Below are positions 48,915 through 58,606 of a stretch of 64,000 bases of DNA, one piece after another. Source of the stretch: an uncultured Trueperaceae bacterium (GTDB lineage: Bacteria > Deinococcota > Deinococci > Deinococcales > Trueperaceae); assembly GCA_963799485.1 (NCBI GenBank), contig CAWCXJ010000007.1, forward strand, positions 96,001 to 160,000. The letters are read 5' to 3'. How positions within the stretch are numbered: the stretch's first letter is position 1; each line of letters opens with the position of its first letter. A model generated the notes under the pieces. The model made no database searches and was not told the origin of the DNA. It saw only the letters and a program-made list of their open reading frames with translations. Both the position numbers and the translations under genes were made by a program.

Positions 48915-50882
48915 ATGGGTTTGCCGCAGTGGTTACTGGTTGTTTCAGGGCTTCTCGCTTTTGCAGTCGTTCTCGGTACCTTCGCCGAGCGGGTGCGACT
49001 ACCGGTGACGGTCGTGCTGGTCGTAGTAGGTTTCGTCGCCTCGTGGGTCAGCGGCAGCTTTGGGCTGAGTAGCCCGTTGGGGGGCGAGGGTTTTGAAGAA
49101 GTCGTGGTTTTTTTGTTTCTCCCCGTGCTGGTTTTCGAGGCCGCCTACGGCCTCTCTACTCAAGCATTTTTCCGCAACCTCGGGCCGATTTTGGTGTTGG
49201 CGATCCCCGCTGTTATCGTCTCCGCAGTTTTTATCGGCCTCGCCCTTTACTGGATTTTAGGCACGCCGCTGCTGGCCGCGCTCCTTTTCGGGGCGCTGAT
49301 TTCAGCGACCGATCCCGTCGCCGTCGTCGCTATTTTCCGGGAGTTGGGCGTACCGAGCCGCCTGCTGACCATCGTCGAGGGCGAAAGCCTGCTCAACGAC
49401 GGGGTGGCTATCGTGCTTTTTACCATCTTGCTGGGCGTCGCTCTCGGCGGCGAGGTGAGCGTCCTCGGCGGCGTTTTGGAGTTCTTTAACGTTTTTCTCG
49501 GGGGTGCGCTTATCGGCGCGGTAGTCGGGTTGATCGCCGCCTTTGTGCTGCCGTGGCTTGACCGTTTAGCAGCGGCTGCGCTTACGGTAGCCGTCGCTTA
49601 CGGCGGCTTCGTGCTGGCTGACGAAGTGCTCGGCTTCTCGGGGGTCATGGCGACGGTCGCGTCGGGGCTGGTGCTGAGCGGTTTCGCGCCGAGCCGCGCG
49701 TCCGAGTCCGTCCGCGCGGTCTGGCGCGAGCTGTGGGAGTCGCTCGGCTACACCGCCAACGGGCTGCTGTTTCTCCTAATCGGCCTGGCTATCGATCCGG
49801 CACTCCTCCGCGTCCACTTCGTCGCGATCATGCTCGCTATTGTCGTCGTTTTGCTCGCGCGCGCCGCTGCGGTCATTCCGCTGGTGTCGGTACTCGAGCG
49901 CCTTTCGGGGCTGCCGCCTGTTGGTTTTCGCAACGAGGCGGTGCTCATCTGGGGCGGGCTCAGGGGCGGCGTCGCGCTGGCGCTGGCGCTGGCGCTCCCC
50001 GAGGCGTTGGCGCAGCGCGAACTGTTTGTTGCAATGACGGGCGGCGTGGTGCTCGCTACACTGCTCCTTAACGCGACCACCATCCGCACGCTCGTACACC
50101 GCCTGGGGCTCGATAAGCCGAGCCGCGCCGAGCAGTTTCTGGCAGGTGGGGCGCGTCTTTCGGGAATCCGGGCAGCTCGGCAACGGCTTGAAGAGTTGGG
50201 GCTCGAGAACCCGGCAGTTTCGGCGGCGCTGGGCGACGCCGAGGACGCCGCCCGCACGGAGTTGGCGCGCATCGAACTGTCGGCGGAAGAGGAGTTGGAG
50301 GTCGTCACCCGGCGCGGCCTGTTTGTAGAGCGCGAAACGTATCAGCGCCTCAGCGACGCGGGCCTTTTGCCGCCCGCCTCGACCCGCGTCTTGCTGCACG
50401 AAACCGACGACAAAATCGAAGCTGTTAGCCTGGGCCGGGCTTCGTTGGATACCTTGCAGGAGCGTAAGCGGCCCCGCTCTGACCGCCTCCTGGCGCGGCT
50501 GACCGGCTGGCTGCCTCAGCCTTTAGGAGAGGACGCGTCCGAACTGGCCTACGCCGAGGCGACTGCGCGGCGGCTGGCGGCGCGCCGGACGGTCGAGGCG
50601 TTGGCGCTTTTCGAGCACCTGCCGAACGTTCACAACGAAGCGGTCGCGGCGGCGAAGCGCACGTTTGTTCGCTGGGAAGAAGAGGCCACTGCTTCACTAG
50701 ACGAGTTGGACGGCGAAAGGGCGCGCGACTTAGACGCCCTGCACCGCCGCCAAGCCGCCGCGCTGAGCCGCGTCGCCGCTAGCGAGGCGTTAGGCGAACT
50801 TGCGGAAGTCGGTCTGTTATCTGCGGTCGTCGCGCGCCGGGCGGCGGAGGCGGTGGCCGCGGAGGTCGGTGGGGCGGCGTAG
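48915..50882 (+). CDS. CPA1 Na+/H+ antiporter (NhaP/NhaK-like)
   Basis: ATDPVAV, EGESLLNDG, GLRGGV and a long helical C-terminal tail. Confidence 0.92.
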   Translation: MGLPQWLLVVSGLLAFAVVLGTFAERVRLPVTVVLVVVGFVASWVSGSFGLSSPLGGEGFEEVVVFLFLPVLVFEAAYGLSTQAFFRNLGPILVLAIPAVIVSAVFIGLALYWILGTPLLAALLFGALISATDPVAVVAIFRELGVPSRLLTIVEGESLLNDGVAIVLFTILLGVALGGEVSVLGGVLEFFNVFLGGALIGAVVGLIAAFVLPWLDRLAAAALTVAVAYGGFVLADEVLGFSGVMATVASGLVLSGFAPSRASESVRAVWRELWESLGYTANGLLFLLIGLAIDPALLRVHFVAIMLAIVVVLLARAAAVIPLVSVLERLSGLPPVGFRNEAVLIWGGLRGGVALALALALPEALAQRELFVAMTGGVVLATLLLNATTIRTLVHRLGLDKPSRAEQFLAGGARLSGIRAARQRLEELGLENPAVSAALGDAEDAARTELARIELSAEEELEVVTRRGLFVERETYQRLSDAGLLPPASTRVLLHETDDKIEAVSLGRASLDTLQERKRPRSDRLLARLTGWLPQPLGEDASELAYAEATARRLAARRTVEALALFEHLPNVHNEAVAAAKRTFVRWEEEATASLDELDGERARDLDALHRRQAAALSRVAASEALGELAEVGLLSAVVARRAAEAVAAEVGGAA

Positions 50883-51069
50883 GCGGGCAACGACCAAAGT
50901 ACCTGCCGACTGACAGCTCCACGTAAAGTTGCGCTATCTCTTCACAGCTCCCGGCGCAAAAAGCGAGTGCCAGACTGTGTCTTTTCGGGCGAGGACGTTT
51001 TAAGTTCAGTAAACTTTCGGTACAGCCTGAAGGTCACGCTGCCGGTTTCGGTAATTTTGTGCCGAGAGC

Positions 51070-52074
51070 TTAGAAGAACCCTGCTACCCTCAAATTCAAG
51101 GTAGCGACGGTAGGCTCGGGCCCAAACCGCGCCGCCACGCCAAGTGTAAGTTCGCCGTCGGCGAGCCGGGTATAGCTAGCACCCAAGCTGGAACGCACAG
51201 CGTCCGGGTCGAAAAACGCGTTGCCGGTTAGCGATAAACTCATATCGCTATCACCGAGCGGCAGCGCGACTTGACCGCGTACAGCGGGGCGCGGGTTTAT
51301 AACGGGTGACAACTGCGCCGGAATTGTGTCCCCGTCGTCTTTGAGGTTGACTCCACCCGGTGTGAGGTAGGCGGCCTCGAGCGTCCATGTCCCATTCGTC
51401 AAGTTGCCGTTGAGCCCCAGCGCCCCGCGTCCTTCTAAGGGATTCGTCAAAAGCCACACCTCGCCGTAAACCACCACGTCAGCGACCAGACCACTCCCGC
51501 CGAGTCCGGCGACCAGGCCGTTTTGGTAAAGAGTGTGGGCCTCGAGGTCGAAGCGGTCGAACGTTCGCCGTAAACTGACAAGTGGCGTGACATTTTCTAG
51601 AAAATCCTGTCCCGTAATCTCTCGGTAAAAAACGGCCCCACGCACGCGCCAGTCACCGCCGTAAAAGACGCCGCGTACTCCCGGCACCCCGCGGCGAACC
51701 CCCCGAAACCCGGCAGTCTCAACGCCGTAGGGCACGCTCAAGCGGGCAGTTTCTAGCGGGAGCCGTTCAATTCCTGCGCTGAGGTCGAAGTTGCCATACG
51801 TTGTCGCCGCGTACAACTCAGTCAGTCCCGGCTCGGTCGTTACAATCTGGCTTACACGCACGCTCGGGTCGAGGACAAGACTGAGATCAACGGGCGCAAA
51901 GTCGCTCGACTTTACGTTGTAACCAGCCTCGAGGTGTCCCGCTAACGTCAGGCCGGTTTGGGCAGGTACGGTGCTAAAAGTCGACGCTGTAGCAAACGCG
52001 ACCTCACCCCGATAATAGGGTTGTGCGAAAGAAAAAGACGCCGTAAAAAGTAGCAAAACAGGCAAGGATTTCAT
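51070..52074 (-). CDS. Probable outer-membrane beta-barrel protein
   Basis: Signal peptide, alternating amphipathic strands and C-terminal LRVAGFF. Confidence 0.6.
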   Translation of the reverse strand: MKSLPVLLLFTASFSFAQPYYRGEVAFATASTFSTVPAQTGLTLAGHLEAGYNVKSSDFAPVDLSLVLDPSVRVSQIVTTEPGLTELYAATTYGNFDLSAGIERLPLETARLSVPYGVETAGFRGVRRGVPGVRGVFYGGDWRVRGAVFYREITGQDFLENVTPLVSLRRTFDRFDLEAHTLYQNGLVAGLGGSGLVADVVVYGEVWLLTNPLEGRGALGLNGNLTNGTWTLEAAYLTPGGVNLKDDGDTIPAQLSPVINPRPAVRGQVALPLGDSDMSLSLTGNAFFDPDAVRSSLGASYTRLADGELTLGVAARFGPEPTVATLNLRVAGFF

Positions 52075-52110
52075 GTTTACAGTCCTCAATCGTCAACCTT
52101 CCTAGCGACT

Positions 52111-52809
52111 TCAGGCAGGAACGGCTTCGCGTTTGTCCGCGCCGACGATGCGCCCGTCTTCCATCGTGAGCGTGCGCGTCACATGTTCCAACAGCCTTGG
52201 GTCGTGCGTTGAAAAAACGAACGTCACACCTTTCGCTGTGTTCAAACGTTTCATCAGTTGGGTGAGCTGCCCGCCCGCTTGGCTGTCTAGGTTCGCGGTG
52301 GGCTCATCTGCCAAGATGATGTCGGGTTCGGCAGCGAACGCTCGAGCGACCGCGACCCGCTGCTGCTGTCCACCCGAAAGCTGGTTGGGTTTACGGTCGG
52401 CGAATTCTTCTATGCCCAGCGCTTTAAGAGACTCCCTGGCCTTCGCTTCACGTTTCTTTTTACCGACGCCCTGAAGCTCCAGGACAAACGCGGCGTTTTC
52501 CAACGCCGTCAATACCGGAATCAGGTTGTACGCCTGAAAAACGAAACCGAGGTGCCCCAACCTCAAGGCCGCGCTCGCCTGTTTACTGAGCCGGTCGATA
52601 CGCGTGCCGTTTAGGTAAACCTCGCCTGAGGTCGGCGTATCAAGGCCGCCCATCAGGTGCAGAAGCGTGCTTTTACCGCTCCCCGAAGGCCCGGCAATTG
52701 CCGTAAACTCGCCCCGTTCGACGCTCAGGTCAACGCCTCTAAGCGCGTCGGTTTTAACCTCACCGATTTGATAGGTTTTCGTCAGGTTTTTAACTTCAAA
52801 GAGCGACAT
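52111..52809 (-). CDS. ABC ATPase (LolD/MacB-like)
   Basis: GPSGSGKST, LSGGQQQRV and ADEPTANLD. Confidence 0.93.
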   Translation of the reverse strand: MSLFEVKNLTKTYQIGEVKTDALRGVDLSVERGEFTAIAGPSGSGKSTLLHLMGGLDTPTSGEVYLNGTRIDRLSKQASAALRLGHLGFVFQAYNLIPVLTALENAAFVLELQGVGKKKREAKARESLKALGIEEFADRKPNQLSGGQQQRVAVARAFAAEPDIILADEPTANLDSQAGGQLTQLMKRLNTAKGVTFVFSTHDPRLLEHVTRTLTMEDGRIVGADKREAVPA

Positions 52810-52833
52810 GGTAGAGCCTTTCAGTTGCCCTCA

Positions 52834-54060
52834 TCACGCGGTGTAGCGCATCGCCTCGGCGGGTTCGATGTTCGCCGCCATCCGTGCGGGGCCGAGCGCC
52901 GCAAAAAAGGCCGTCAAAACGGCGAAGCCCACCGCCAACAGCACTTGCCACGGTTCAATCGACAGGTAAAAAATGCCGGGTAGTCCGACCTCTGCCAAAA
53001 TCTCCTCGGCGTAGCCCGGAAACCGAAACCCGTCTGCGCCGAGCGCCACAAGTCCCAGACCGAGCGACAAGCCAATGAGTGCACCGGTGACGCACATGAG
53101 GAGGCTCTCGAGCGTCACCATCCCCATCACCTGCCGCCCTCTGGCCCCTAAACTCAAGATGACCCCGAACTCACGGACGCGCTCTAGAGTACTCAGATAA
53201 ACGGTATTCAAAACGAGCAGACCCGCCAGCACGAAGAAGATGAGTGACATCACAACCATCGTCGGGGCGATAAAGTTGAGCATTCCCGCCAAACCGGGGT
53301 CGAGTTGCCGCCACGCTTCGACCTCTATACCGGAACCTACGCGCCGGAGCGCGTTTAAGTCGGGCGCGATGAGATTGTCCTCGGCGACTGTGTTGACGTC
53401 GGGGTAGTGCAGCTCGAGCCTGCTGAGCCCGTCTGGTGCCGCAAGTTCTTGCGCCGCCGGCAGTGACAAGTAAGCCGCGCCGATTTCACGGTTGGGGTCG
53501 CTGAACTCGAGCAAACCCTGAACCGTATAGGCCGCTGCGCCGTAACCGTCGGTACCGGGGGCGTAGACGTACACGTCGTCACCCAAACCGACTTTGAGCG
53601 CCGTTGCCAAAGACCGACCGAGCATGATGCCCGTGACGTTATTGCCGTCAACAAACGACCCTTCGGCGAGGTAATCGGTTACGAAGTCCTTTTTCAACAG
53701 CTCAGGCCAGTCTTGAGCTTGCACCGCCAACCCACGCGAACGCGCTTCCCCGGCGACCAGCGCGGGAATCTGTAACGAGCCGACGACGACCGCGTTCGGC
53801 GCAGTTTGCGCGACTGTCGCCCTGACCTCAGCAGCATTTTTCAGGAGTCCGTCGTTAAAGTCGTAAGCGTCCCGGTAGCCTGCCGTGTGAAGCTGGGCGT
53901 TGCCGACCTCTTTCGTCAGGTCACCGTACATCCCGTTGGTAACCGCGCCGCCCAAGCTGTACATCACCACCGCAAAAAGCACGACGACCGCGACTGCCAA
54001 GAGCGAAATCAGGCTGCGCCGCCCCTGCCGCCAGAGGTTGCGCCAGGCGAGCGCGATCAT
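52834..54060 (-). CDS. FtsX/MacB/LolC-E-like permease
   Basis: LAWRNLWR, a periplasmic domain, ERVREFG and EPAEAMR. Confidence 0.9.
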   Translation of the reverse strand: MIALAWRNLWRQGRRSLISLLAVAVVVLFAVVMYSLGGAVTNGMYGDLTKEVGNAQLHTAGYRDAYDFNDGLLKNAAEVRATVAQTAPNAVVVGSLQIPALVAGEARSRGLAVQAQDWPELLKKDFVTDYLAEGSFVDGNNVTGIMLGRSLATALKVGLGDDVYVYAPGTDGYGAAAYTVQGLLEFSDPNREIGAAYLSLPAAQELAAPDGLSRLELHYPDVNTVAEDNLIAPDLNALRRVGSGIEVEAWRQLDPGLAGMLNFIAPTMVVMSLIFFVLAGLLVLNTVYLSTLERVREFGVILSLGARGRQVMGMVTLESLLMCVTGALIGLSLGLGLVALGADGFRFPGYAEEILAEVGLPGIFYLSIEPWQVLLAVGFAVLTAFFAALGPARMAANIEPAEAMRYTA

Positions 54061-54794
54061 TTACAAACGCCTTCACGCTCGAGCGCATTCTGCGAAAAAC
54101 ACGCTGCGGGAATCGCCACGCCAAACTCGGCGTCTTGCCAGGTCACGACCGTCGTGTTGCCTTCAGTGAGCAAGTCTCTAACTTCAAACCTTTGCGGGAT
54201 ATAAAGCCCGTCAACCTCGGCGTAGTCCGACAAGATGTTTTCTTTTACGGCGTTGCCGCGCTGGTCGAAGTAGGTGATTTGGGTGGGCGCATAAGAAGGT
54301 TTTACGGCGGTCAGCTCGAGCTTGCCGTAAGGCGTCGGGGCGCTCGGGTTCGGGGTGAGTTCCAACGTAACGCTTTCCTCCGACTCCTCCAAGATGCGCG
54401 CCTGATAGTCTCGCCGCAGGTCGTCGCCCGCAAGGTCGTTGTAGGAAATGTCCGAACCCAAAAACGAATCGCTCCGACCGCTCGGCGGCAACCTGAGCAC
54501 GCGCCGTAAACGGGGGTTGTAGATAAACACGTTGTCGCCGTCATTCAGAAACGCTTGACCGGCGTCCCTGGGCGGGGCGATGACTCGGGTCAAGCCTTTC
54601 GCTTCACCTTCGCTGTAAATCCGCATGGTGTAGCTGTCTTCTTCATCCGGGCGGATGACCTGCATGTTCAGGGTGGCGGCTTGCGATTCGCCGCGTAAGT
54701 TACCGGTGATGGTATCCAAAATACCGGCAGCGTCTTCTTGGGCACTGGCGAGACCGAGCGCAAGGAAAACGAGGAATAGCTGGCTGAGTTTCAT
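54057..54794 (-). CDS. LolA-like periplasmic 'lipoprotein-sorting' protein
   Basis: Signal peptide, APPRDAGQAFL, IYNPRLRRV and SFLGSDISYNDL. Confidence 0.85.
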   Translation of the reverse strand: MKLSQLFLVFLALGLASAQEDAAGILDTITGNLRGESQAATLNMQVIRPDEEDSYTMRIYSEGEAKGLTRVIAPPRDAGQAFLNDGDNVFIYNPRLRRVLRLPPSGRSDSFLGSDISYNDLAGDDLRRDYQARILEESEESVTLELTPNPSAPTPYGKLELTAVKPSYAPTQITYFDQRGNAVKENILSDYAEVDGLYIPQRFEVRDLLTEGNTTVVTWQDAEFGVAIPAACFSQNALEREGVCK

Positions 54795-54811
54795 GCGTCT
54801 CCTTTCGGGAA

Positions 54812-54870
54812 ATCAGGAAGCAAGCAGCAGGTAAAAGCCTTCTTGATTCTTAATTCCTACTCCTTGCTTC
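54812..54870. repeat. Degenerate heptamer-arm hairpin element
   Basis: GGAAGCAAGCAGCAGG-taaaagcc-TTCTTGA TTCTTAA TTCCTAC TCCTTGC TTC. Confidence 0.45.
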
Positions 54871-54875
54871 GGCCC

Positions 54876-56102
54876 TCACGTCGCCCGCATCGCTTCCGAG
54901 GGGTTGAGGTTGCGAACACGTTTACCGGGAACGGTAACAGCCAACACAGCGGCAATCACGATGGTCATCGCGGCCCACGCGAGGTACGCGAGGCTCGAGG
55001 CAAACACGAACCGGTCGCTGATGGCGAGCCCTGACAAGTAACGCCCGTAAAAACTGTTGATAAACGGCCCCATCAGGTTCGTGGCGCTCATGACAAACGT
55101 CAGGGCGTAACCCAAAACCGCGCCGAGTGCGAAACCGATAAAGGTGGTGTAGACGGCCTCGAGCGTGACCATCCGGGCAAGCTGGTGCTGACTCAGTCCC
55201 AGCGAGGTCATCACCCCGAACTCCCGCGTGCGCTCGATGACGCTGACGATAACCGTACTCATCACCGTGACGGCGGCGAACAGGGCGATTATCACGACGA
55301 TGGGAATCATCGAGGCGCGTTTGTCTTCGATACCCGCCATAATGCCGCCTAAAAGCTCGGTGATGGGATAAGCGGCCACGCCAGGCGGCAAGACCGACGC
55401 GGCATTGAGGTTTTTGGCGACGGTCTCCTCGTTGCCCTGCCGTACACCGAGCGCGACGCCCGTCGCTGTAGAAACGCCCGTAAGCATCCGCGCGTCGCCG
55501 ATATGAACCAAGCTGACACCCTCATCGACGGGCAAAACGTTGCTGTCGATCAGCCCGACAACCTTCAGCCCCAGCCCTTGTGAGCCGCCGACGGACTGGA
55601 CATCCAAGGCGAGGCGTTCACCGACGCGCACGTCGAGGTCTGCGGCGAGCGTTTTGCCGAGCACGATTTCGCCCGCGTTTTGGAGCATCCGGCCCTGCGT
55701 GACGTCACCGGGAATGTTGCTGACTTGCGGTTCCAACGCCGGGTTTACGCCGCGCACCTGCGCTCCGAGCGTGCGGTACGGCGAACGCAGCAGCGACTGA
55801 AACTCGAGCCTCGGCGCAACCCCGCGCACACCTTCGACCTGCAAGAGCGCGTCTTCAAAACGCAAGCTGTTCAGACTGTTTTCCGGGTCGGGGTCGGTGC
55901 GGTAAGCCTCGCTTTGCACCATTACGGGCGCGCTCAGGTAACGGGCCTGACCGCCCAACAGCACACCGACAAACCCGTCGTAGTACGCCCAGAAAAAGAT
56001 GATGGCGACCGTGGCGTAGGCGACGACGGCTAACAGGAGCTGGGTGCGGCGTTTATGCCGCCACAAATTACGCCAGGCGAGCTTAGAGATCGAGGTGTTC
56101 AT
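54876..56102 (-). CDS. FtsX/MacB/LolC-E-like permease
   Basis: LAWRNLWRH, ERTREFG and NPSEAMR. Confidence 0.9.
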   Translation of the reverse strand: MNTSISKLAWRNLWRHKRRTQLLLAVVAYATVAIIFFWAYYDGFVGVLLGGQARYLSAPVMVQSEAYRTDPDPENSLNSLRFEDALLQVEGVRGVAPRLEFQSLLRSPYRTLGAQVRGVNPALEPQVSNIPGDVTQGRMLQNAGEIVLGKTLAADLDVRVGERLALDVQSVGGSQGLGLKVVGLIDSNVLPVDEGVSLVHIGDARMLTGVSTATGVALGVRQGNEETVAKNLNAASVLPPGVAAYPITELLGGIMAGIEDKRASMIPIVVIIALFAAVTVMSTVIVSVIERTREFGVMTSLGLSQHQLARMVTLEAVYTTFIGFALGAVLGYALTFVMSATNLMGPFINSFYGRYLSGLAISDRFVFASSLAYLAWAAMTIVIAAVLAVTVPGKRVRNLNPSEAMRAT

Positions 56103-56569
56103 CCCTGTTCCTTTCCTTTTTCTTCCCAGCGGGCAAAGATACCAGGCATCTCGCGTTCGTAAAAGGTGAGCATGTCGCGCATATCGCGTAAACCCCTCAT
56201 CACTTCGGGGTCGTCGCTGCCGAGTATCGCGAGCCCCCGTTCCGACAACCGCCGCAGCTGCGCGATCAACACGACTTGCTGCTTCGTCGCCTCGAACCAG
56301 GCGTTGGGACGGTTGCGAAAATAATCCTTGCGGTCTCCCGGTTTACGGCGGCGTTCAATCAGGCCCATCGTCGCAAGCGTCGTCGTCCCGCTGCTGACAG
56401 CGCCCCGGCTTGCTTGCAGCGTCTGCGCAAGTTGCTCGGCAGTCTGTTCGGGGGGGTCGGCGACGAGCAGCGCGCTCAGCACCCGTCCAGCGATACGGGG
56501 CATTCCGAACCCTTCCAACGCCATCGCCAGTTCCTCGAGGTACACTTGTTTTTCTGTATGTTCAGAAAT
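56099..56569 (-). CDS. GbsR/MarR-family regulator (probable ATT start)
   Basis: GMPRIAGR, ASRGAVS and PGDRKDYF. AGGAGG is 8 nt before an in-frame ATT at 56569; the alternative start is GTG 56545. Confidence 0.85.
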   Translation of the reverse strand: MSEHTEKQVYLEELAMALEGFGMPRIAGRVLSALLVADPPEQTAEQLAQTLQASRGAVSSGTTTLATMGLIERRRKPGDRKDYFRNRPNAWFEATKQQVVLIAQLRRLSERGLAILGSDDPEVMRGLRDMRDMLTFYEREMPGIFARWEEKGKEQG

Positions 56570-56618
56570 AACTGAAACCTCCTGCGGTGAATATAGTCCT
56601 TTTGGAGTTCTTAGTCAA
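56561..56618 (-). promoter_or_regulatory. Promoter and palindromic operator of the GbsR/MarR operon
   Basis: TTGACT-17 nt-TATATT (56618-56590) and TTCAG-N6-CTGAA (56561-56576). Confidence 0.7.
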
Positions 56619-56856
56619 TGCTAAAGGTTATGACCCATGTAGAAACTCAGCCGGTGTTAAAATGACCGGCCTTTTTGGTAAACTCGCAAACTTCAGCTGA
56701 CGCGGGTGTGTGCGTTACAAATCGGCGGCAAGACTCGCGGACGTACCGGCTACGCGGTTTTGGTCTCTCGCGCAACATACACATCCCTGCGGAGCTTGCC
56801 CTGTACAGCCGGCCTGAACTGTACCGCTGACATTTATATCACCCTGTAAGTAGCGC

Positions 56857-57825
56857 TCAGTCTGCCGCCATCCCGACGTTGTTTTTCTCCAAGGCCCGCT
56901 CTGCCCGGTACGAGGAGCGCACCAGCGGCCCCGACACGACCTCGAGAAAGCCTTTCTCGAGCCCAATTTTACGGTAACGGTTAAAGTCTTCGGGCGGCAC
57001 GTACCGCACGACCGGCAGGTGCGACGCGGTAGGGCGCAGGTATTGCCCGAAGGTCACGATATCGACACCGGCGGCCCGCAAATCGTCCATCGTTTCTAGA
57101 ATTTCTTCGTCGGTTTCACCTAGACCTAACATCAGGCTCGTTTTGGTCAGTACGCCCGGGCATGAGCTTTTAGCATACGTGAGAACGTCTAAGGTCTGGT
57201 CGTAGCCTGCACGCGGGTCACGCACCGGGTGGGTGAGGCGGCGGACGGTCTCGAGGTTTTGCGCGTAAACCTCTACACCGGCATCTAAAACGCGTTGTAC
57301 GTTTTCCGTCACGCCGCCGAAGTCGGGCGTCAGCGCCTCGACCGCTGTTTCCGGATTGACACGTTTGATTTCACGGATACACGCGGCGTAGTGCCCTGCG
57401 CCGCCGTCCGGCAGGTCGTCGCGGTCGACCGAGGTCAGCACGACGTACTTGAGGCCCATCAGCTGTACCGAACTCGCCGACAGACGCGGCTCGTCGGGGT
57501 CTAAGCGGCCTTTAGGGTTGCCGGTATCGACGGCGCAAAAACGGCAGGCGCGGGTACACACCGAACCCATCAGCATAATCGTCGCTGTGCCCGCGTTCCA
57601 GCACTCGCCGATATTCGGGCACATCGCCTCTTCGCAGACCGTCGATAAACGGTGTTCGCGCACGGTGCCTTTGACCTCGCTATATTTAGCGCCGGAGGGC
57701 AACGCGACCTTGAGCCAGTCCGGCTTGCGTTCTCGCGGCACATTTACGGCATCTTTACGAAACACGCCGTTCTTAACGACTTTGATGTCTGCCGGGGGAA
57801 GGTCGGGGGTTTTAGGTTGCGTCAC
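56857..57825 (-). CDS. lipA: Lipoyl synthase
   Basis: [20 protein letters not shown] and RSSY. Confidence 0.97.
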   Translation of the reverse strand: MTQPKTPDLPPADIKVVKNGVFRKDAVNVPRERKPDWLKVALPSGAKYSEVKGTVREHRLSTVCEEAMCPNIGECWNAGTATIMLMGSVCTRACRFCAVDTGNPKGRLDPDEPRLSASSVQLMGLKYVVLTSVDRDDLPDGGAGHYAACIREIKRVNPETAVEALTPDFGGVTENVQRVLDAGVEVYAQNLETVRRLTHPVRDPRAGYDQTLDVLTYAKSSCPGVLTKTSLMLGLGETDEEILETMDDLRAAGVDIVTFGQYLRPTASHLPVVRYVPPEDFNRYRKIGLEKGFLEVVSGPLVRSSYRAERALEKNNVGMAAD

Positions 57826-58535
57826 TGTGTAACCTTGCTTTCTGTAACGGATACGCCGTCTTCTGCCGTGTGAGGCGTCAGCTCGAAAACGTCGGCAAAC
57901 GCCTTCAGCAGCTTGGGTTTGACCTCATCGAGTGTCACAGTACGGCCTAAAAGCCGGCTTAGACTCGTAACGCCTTTGTCCTGAATCCCGCACGGCACGA
58001 TGTAGGAAAAGTGCGACAAATCCGTCGAAACGTTCATGGCAAACCCGTGAAACGAGACGTTGCGTTTGATAGCGACGCCGATAGCGACGACTTTTTCGTC
58101 ACCGACCCAGACGCCTGCGTAACCGGGGCTGCCTTCACCCGCAACGCCGTATTCAGCCAAAATGCGCACCATCACGGCCTCGAGGTTCCGCAAATAACTC
58201 CGCACCGCCCGGCCTATGGGCAAAATCGGATAGCCCACCAACTGACCGGGGCCGTGATACGTTACGTCGCCGCCACGCTCGATGTCGTAAAGGCTAAACC
58301 CCTGCGCCGCGAGCACGGCAGGGTCGGCCAAGAGGTTCGCACGTCCGCCCTTTCTGCCGAACGTAATGACCGGCGGGTGTTCGACCAATAAGAGCGTCGG
58401 CGGGGTGCGCCCCTCGGCGACGGCGGCGTGGGTTTCTAACTGCACGTCCCAGGCGGCGCGGTAGTCGCGTCGGCCTAAATCACGGACGACAAGGTTACGG
58501 GCTTGTGGGTCACGTGCCGGAGCTGCTGTCGCCAT
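57822..58535 (-). CDS. lipB: Octanoyltransferase
   Basis: [30 protein letters not shown] and PCGI. Leaderless ATG 58535. Confidence 0.96.
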   Translation of the reverse strand: MATAAPARDPQARNLVVRDLGRRDYRAAWDVQLETHAAVAEGRTPPTLLLVEHPPVITFGRKGGRANLLADPAVLAAQGFSLYDIERGGDVTYHGPGQLVGYPILPIGRAVRSYLRNLEAVMVRILAEYGVAGEGSPGYAGVWVGDEKVVAIGVAIKRNVSFHGFAMNVSTDLSHFSYIVPCGIQDKGVTSLSRLLGRTVTLDEVKPKLLKAFADVFELTPHTAEDGVSVTESKVTQ

Positions 58536-58606
58536 ACTTAAATGGTAACAGCTTTCGGCATTTTGCCCTGCACCCCAGCTGTCAGTTTTACGGGCGCGGG
58601 TCACTG

